Origin: Asterias rubens
Lineage: Eukaryota
Assembly: GCF_902459465.1 (NCBI RefSeq)
Contig: NC_047082.1
Span: 1,612,001 to 1,676,000 of the forward strand
DNA length: 64,000 nucleotides
Direction of reading: 5' to 3'
Each line of letters starts with the position of its first letter. Positions within the stretch are counted from its first letter, which is position 1. Shown here piece by piece: positions 60,559 through 64,000 of the stretch. The notes below the pieces were generated by a model. That model did not search any database. It was not told the origin of the DNA and saw nothing but the letters and a program-made list of their open reading frames with translations. A program made the translations under genes and the position numbers.

Positions 60559-63359
60559 AAGCTTCAAGGCTTCTTGTTTTTTTTTAGAGAGTCTTTGGCA
60601 TTCACAACCGGAATTAATAAAGAAAATGAAAAACAAAGAAAAGTGGAGAGAGGCTTACAGGACAGTGGACTCTGTAAACGCGGATGTGGGGGGGGGGTGG
60701 GGGGCTTTTAATGCAACAACTTTCACTGTCGGCATCATTAGGAAAAAGCCCACTGGTCCATGAGTTACGTAAATCTAGGATCCCCACAAAATGATTACAT
60801 CTACAGACGTTACACCCAAAGTGTGCACTCGCAGACCAAAGAAGCGCTTGAATCTGTTTACCACATGGTTTTCATACCTGAGTAACTTATGCAGTCACTG
60901 AATAAAAGCTAATTAGATAATGAGTTGAGAGAGAAGGAAGTGATCTTAGGGAAAGTGCGGACTAATTATCACCAGCTGCTCCGTCTGTTTACTAGACAAT
61001 CCCCCAGACTCAGACAAACAACAGAGGCTTGGCAAATTAACTCATCCAAAAGAACTAAACAATGGATGGCGATGCCCCATGCAATTAAACAAATCAGGTC
61101 ACGGGTGTGGTTTTTTTACTATTCACAATGATGAACTGTTTTTGTTTAGGTCAACTTCTTAAAGCAATTAAAAATTAATTAAATCTGTTTGTGGAGAGGT
61201 TTTGAGGTCCCTTTTTTCTTTGCATGGCTTTATCAGGTATTTGTTGTTGTTTCTTGACTGTGCCAATGGAAATTGAAAGTACAAAGTCTTGCTGTGCCTA
61301 GAAAGTGTCTGGAAATATCCTCTCTTTTTTGACAAACTGCATATTAACCATTTTTAACAAACAAATTTGAGTGTCTAAATATGCATTATGTTCTTGAGAA
61401 CTTTTTCCCTTCTTGAATGTGTTAAAATCATATTGCTACCGAGGTGTTGCAATATATGGAAGGTAAACTGAAACCCATAAACCAACTACCCAACATGACT
61501 GGTTGGGTGCAATTAAGTGAATTGCATCAAGACTATCATTCATTCTTAGCACCGGTCCAAGGCTTTTTTAACAGACCGCCTTTTTTGGGGTGCAATGTTG
61601 ACGGTTCGGGGGAAGCCACAGAAGTCCCATCGTCAACCAATCAGGATTGTAAGAGATGGATGGCAGACAGGCTACCAGCAGCCTTGAGTTTACATCATTC
61701 ACGACTGCAGTATTATGCTAATGCAGGAAGATGACGAGATGCGAACTACCCCATCTTGTCCGACCTCGTCTCCCCCGAGACCCCTCCTCCATGCCATCCG
61801 TCGGGCAGAACGGAGAGTAGCACGGCTTGAGCCTTGAGCTGTATGCAACCGAGAAAGAAAAAAAAAACAAGACCAAAACAAAATTGAACTGGATAAGCTG
61901 CCATCTTCAAATTAGAGCCGTTCCCTACCCGGGGACCAAGCCTGCAAGATGTCACAAGAAAACCTTCGCGTTTCACACTCTATTAGTATGATTAAATATT
62001 TTCCCTTCGTGTTGTCCATCTTAAGTCTTCGGTTACCGCCAGTGGTGGCGGCAAGGTAATCCTATCTGAAAATTTGCAAAAAAATCTAACTGCAAGAAAA
62101 AACCTGATAACCCCCCAGTGACCGAAGCTCCCCATTGCCTACCCCGGAACTTATTCCCCCAATTTTTTTCCTTCTCCATCCCTCTTTATTTCTCCATTCA
62201 GCAATCCCCAATCGTCACGCAGATTGTGATAATCTGACTAAGTTTATATCCCTTTTCTCCCCCGACTACGGCCTGCATCCCTGGACCCTCCTGCTCCCGA
62301 TTCTCGATATACAGATTCTGTGACCTACTTTGGTATCGTCGTTGTTGGCCGGTCGTTCTACCCCAATAATTCCTAACCAGAGTCAGCATCAAGCCCCTGT
62401 GCCCGAGTTTTTCTTTTCTTTTTTATGTTCTTTGCCTCGGGGCAGTATACAACCTTAAGCAGCTGGTCCCACAGTTTTGCCGACTTGGCACTTGATTTTA
62501 TTGTTGTTGATGCCTCACTCAAGCAGCAGGCGATGACCAGCGCTAGATTCCCTGAATATTCGCTCTGATTTTCATCTATTTTTATAAGATGTAGGTTTTT
62601 TCTTTCATTCATCTCGTCACGTTCTTGATACTTGTTTCATTTCATCATAATGAAGGTGTACATTGCCACGGCCTACTTTCATAGAGCTGCTTAAGCACAA
62701 AAAGTACCTCAGCACATCAAATATGTGCTCACCAGACTAAGGTTACCAGCTCCATGCACCATCTGTGACTGGTATCCAACTTATTATTGCTTAGCAAGAA
62801 ACTTTTAAGCTATATTTGTTCAGGTTGGTTTGTATGGAACAAATACCTGCTAAATTGCAAGCTAGAGCGGTTTTTTACATTAATCAATTATGGATTTGTC
62901 AACCGATATTTAACATCTGTATTGAATACATTGTCTTGTTCTAATTATGCTATTTCATATTTTTCCATATTCACATATTCACTATTTAGCATATATCTGA
63001 CTCCTCCCCCTGGCAGTGCTGTCCAATAACCATAGTCACGGATACCTGATTAGCATAATTACTGCATATTCATGTTGCTGTTTACATACTCCAGCTCATC
63101 TCTAAGTATCATTCTCATGTATTCTCAAGTTCCGCTGGAGGAGCTATTTATGGTTTTACTAATGATCATATATTCATACTCATCTAAGACAATGATATCA
63201 ATAAATCATATATAAAACTCTTCTATATCTTATTTCCACCATGCAAAGTTTCAAATCCTACCAATAAATCATAGATGACCAAACTATATGTTTTACTCAT
63301 TATCTTATTCATTTTTGATGTGACAATCAACAGTTATCCTACCTGTTTACATTTATACT

Positions 63360-63640
63360 GACTACCATATTCATATCTCATTGATTACAATATTAATCTC
63401 TCACTGATTACTAATTCATATCTCACTGATTACCATTTTCATATCTCACACTGATTACCACAAATGTACGAGTCCCATCTCCTCATCTCTTCAATTACCG
63501 ATGTCTCATTATAACCATATTCAAGATTCTTTGATAACCATTAATGTTTCACAGAGTATCAAATGACATTTCTGTTTTAACCACATTCATATCTCACTGA
63601 TTACCATATTCATGATCCTCCAATTACCATATTTTCAAGT
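63360..63640. repeat. degenerate minisatellite of about 23 bp
   Basis: recurring ttaccatattcatatctcactga variants. Confidence 0.7.
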
Positions 63641-64000
63641 GCCTGTGATTACTCATCCTATTTTCTCTGTCTAGTCAAAGCCTATTTTACGAGAGCAGCC
63701 CAAAAGGCAACTCACTGAAGCAAGTAAGCCCACATTTATTATTGCAAATTTTTAAACCTGTATTTTTTTTTAATAACGGCAATTTTTTTTAGATGACATA
63801 AGTTCGAGACTGTCCAACTTCTCATGGCCGACTAACCGTTTGCCAACATCTCGTTGTCAGCAACTGTCATAAGTTGACATTTTCCGCCATCTCTGGCCCA
63901 CTTTCTTGCAGCAGCCTACATTCAAAACGAAGCCAGCACAATATACCTCAGAGGCAGATTCTCAGCCTATACTTTGCTCCAGTGAGCCCTGACAGTTCAG

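Noticed and set aside
14840-60710. Many poly-G/poly-C runs as G-quadruplex signals
   Set aside because: Simple homopolymers scattered without pattern; ordinary microsatellite-type features.
1196-63029. Most ORFs of the supplied six-frame track
   Set aside because: 60-120 aa, low-complexity, often TTG/GTG starts and intron-like composition; the only supported parts are read-throughs of collagen exons and TE relics.

Overview
AT-rich eukaryotic (animal) genomic DNA, so the prokaryote-style ORF track is mostly noise. Bases 1-16859 (+) hold 34 GT-AG exons of a type IX-like FACIT collagen; the gene start lies outside the window. The exons splice into one unbroken frame of 957 aa: TSPN/LamG domain, CxxxCP, four Gly-X-Y domains, an NC2 helix and a short Cys-containing NC1. 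A probable 3' UTR follows to about 18.3 kb. I could not assemble any other recognisable protein in the remaining 46 kb. That part contains tRNA-derived SINE-like repeats, several palindromic MITE families (CWG- and AT-flanked), a decayed Penelope-like element, an RTE-like fragment and microsatellites. It also holds a nuclear-receptor motif cluster at 20.65-20.72 kb and orphan exon-like segments, including a plausible first coding exon of an unidentified + strand gene at 32649. Two minimal hammerhead-ribozyme-like motifs with non-canonical cores occur at 13.13 kb and 29.43 kb. An invertebrate, possibly echinoderm, origin is my impression only. All coordinates were read by hand, and comparisons to vertebrate proteins are from memory rather than from searches.
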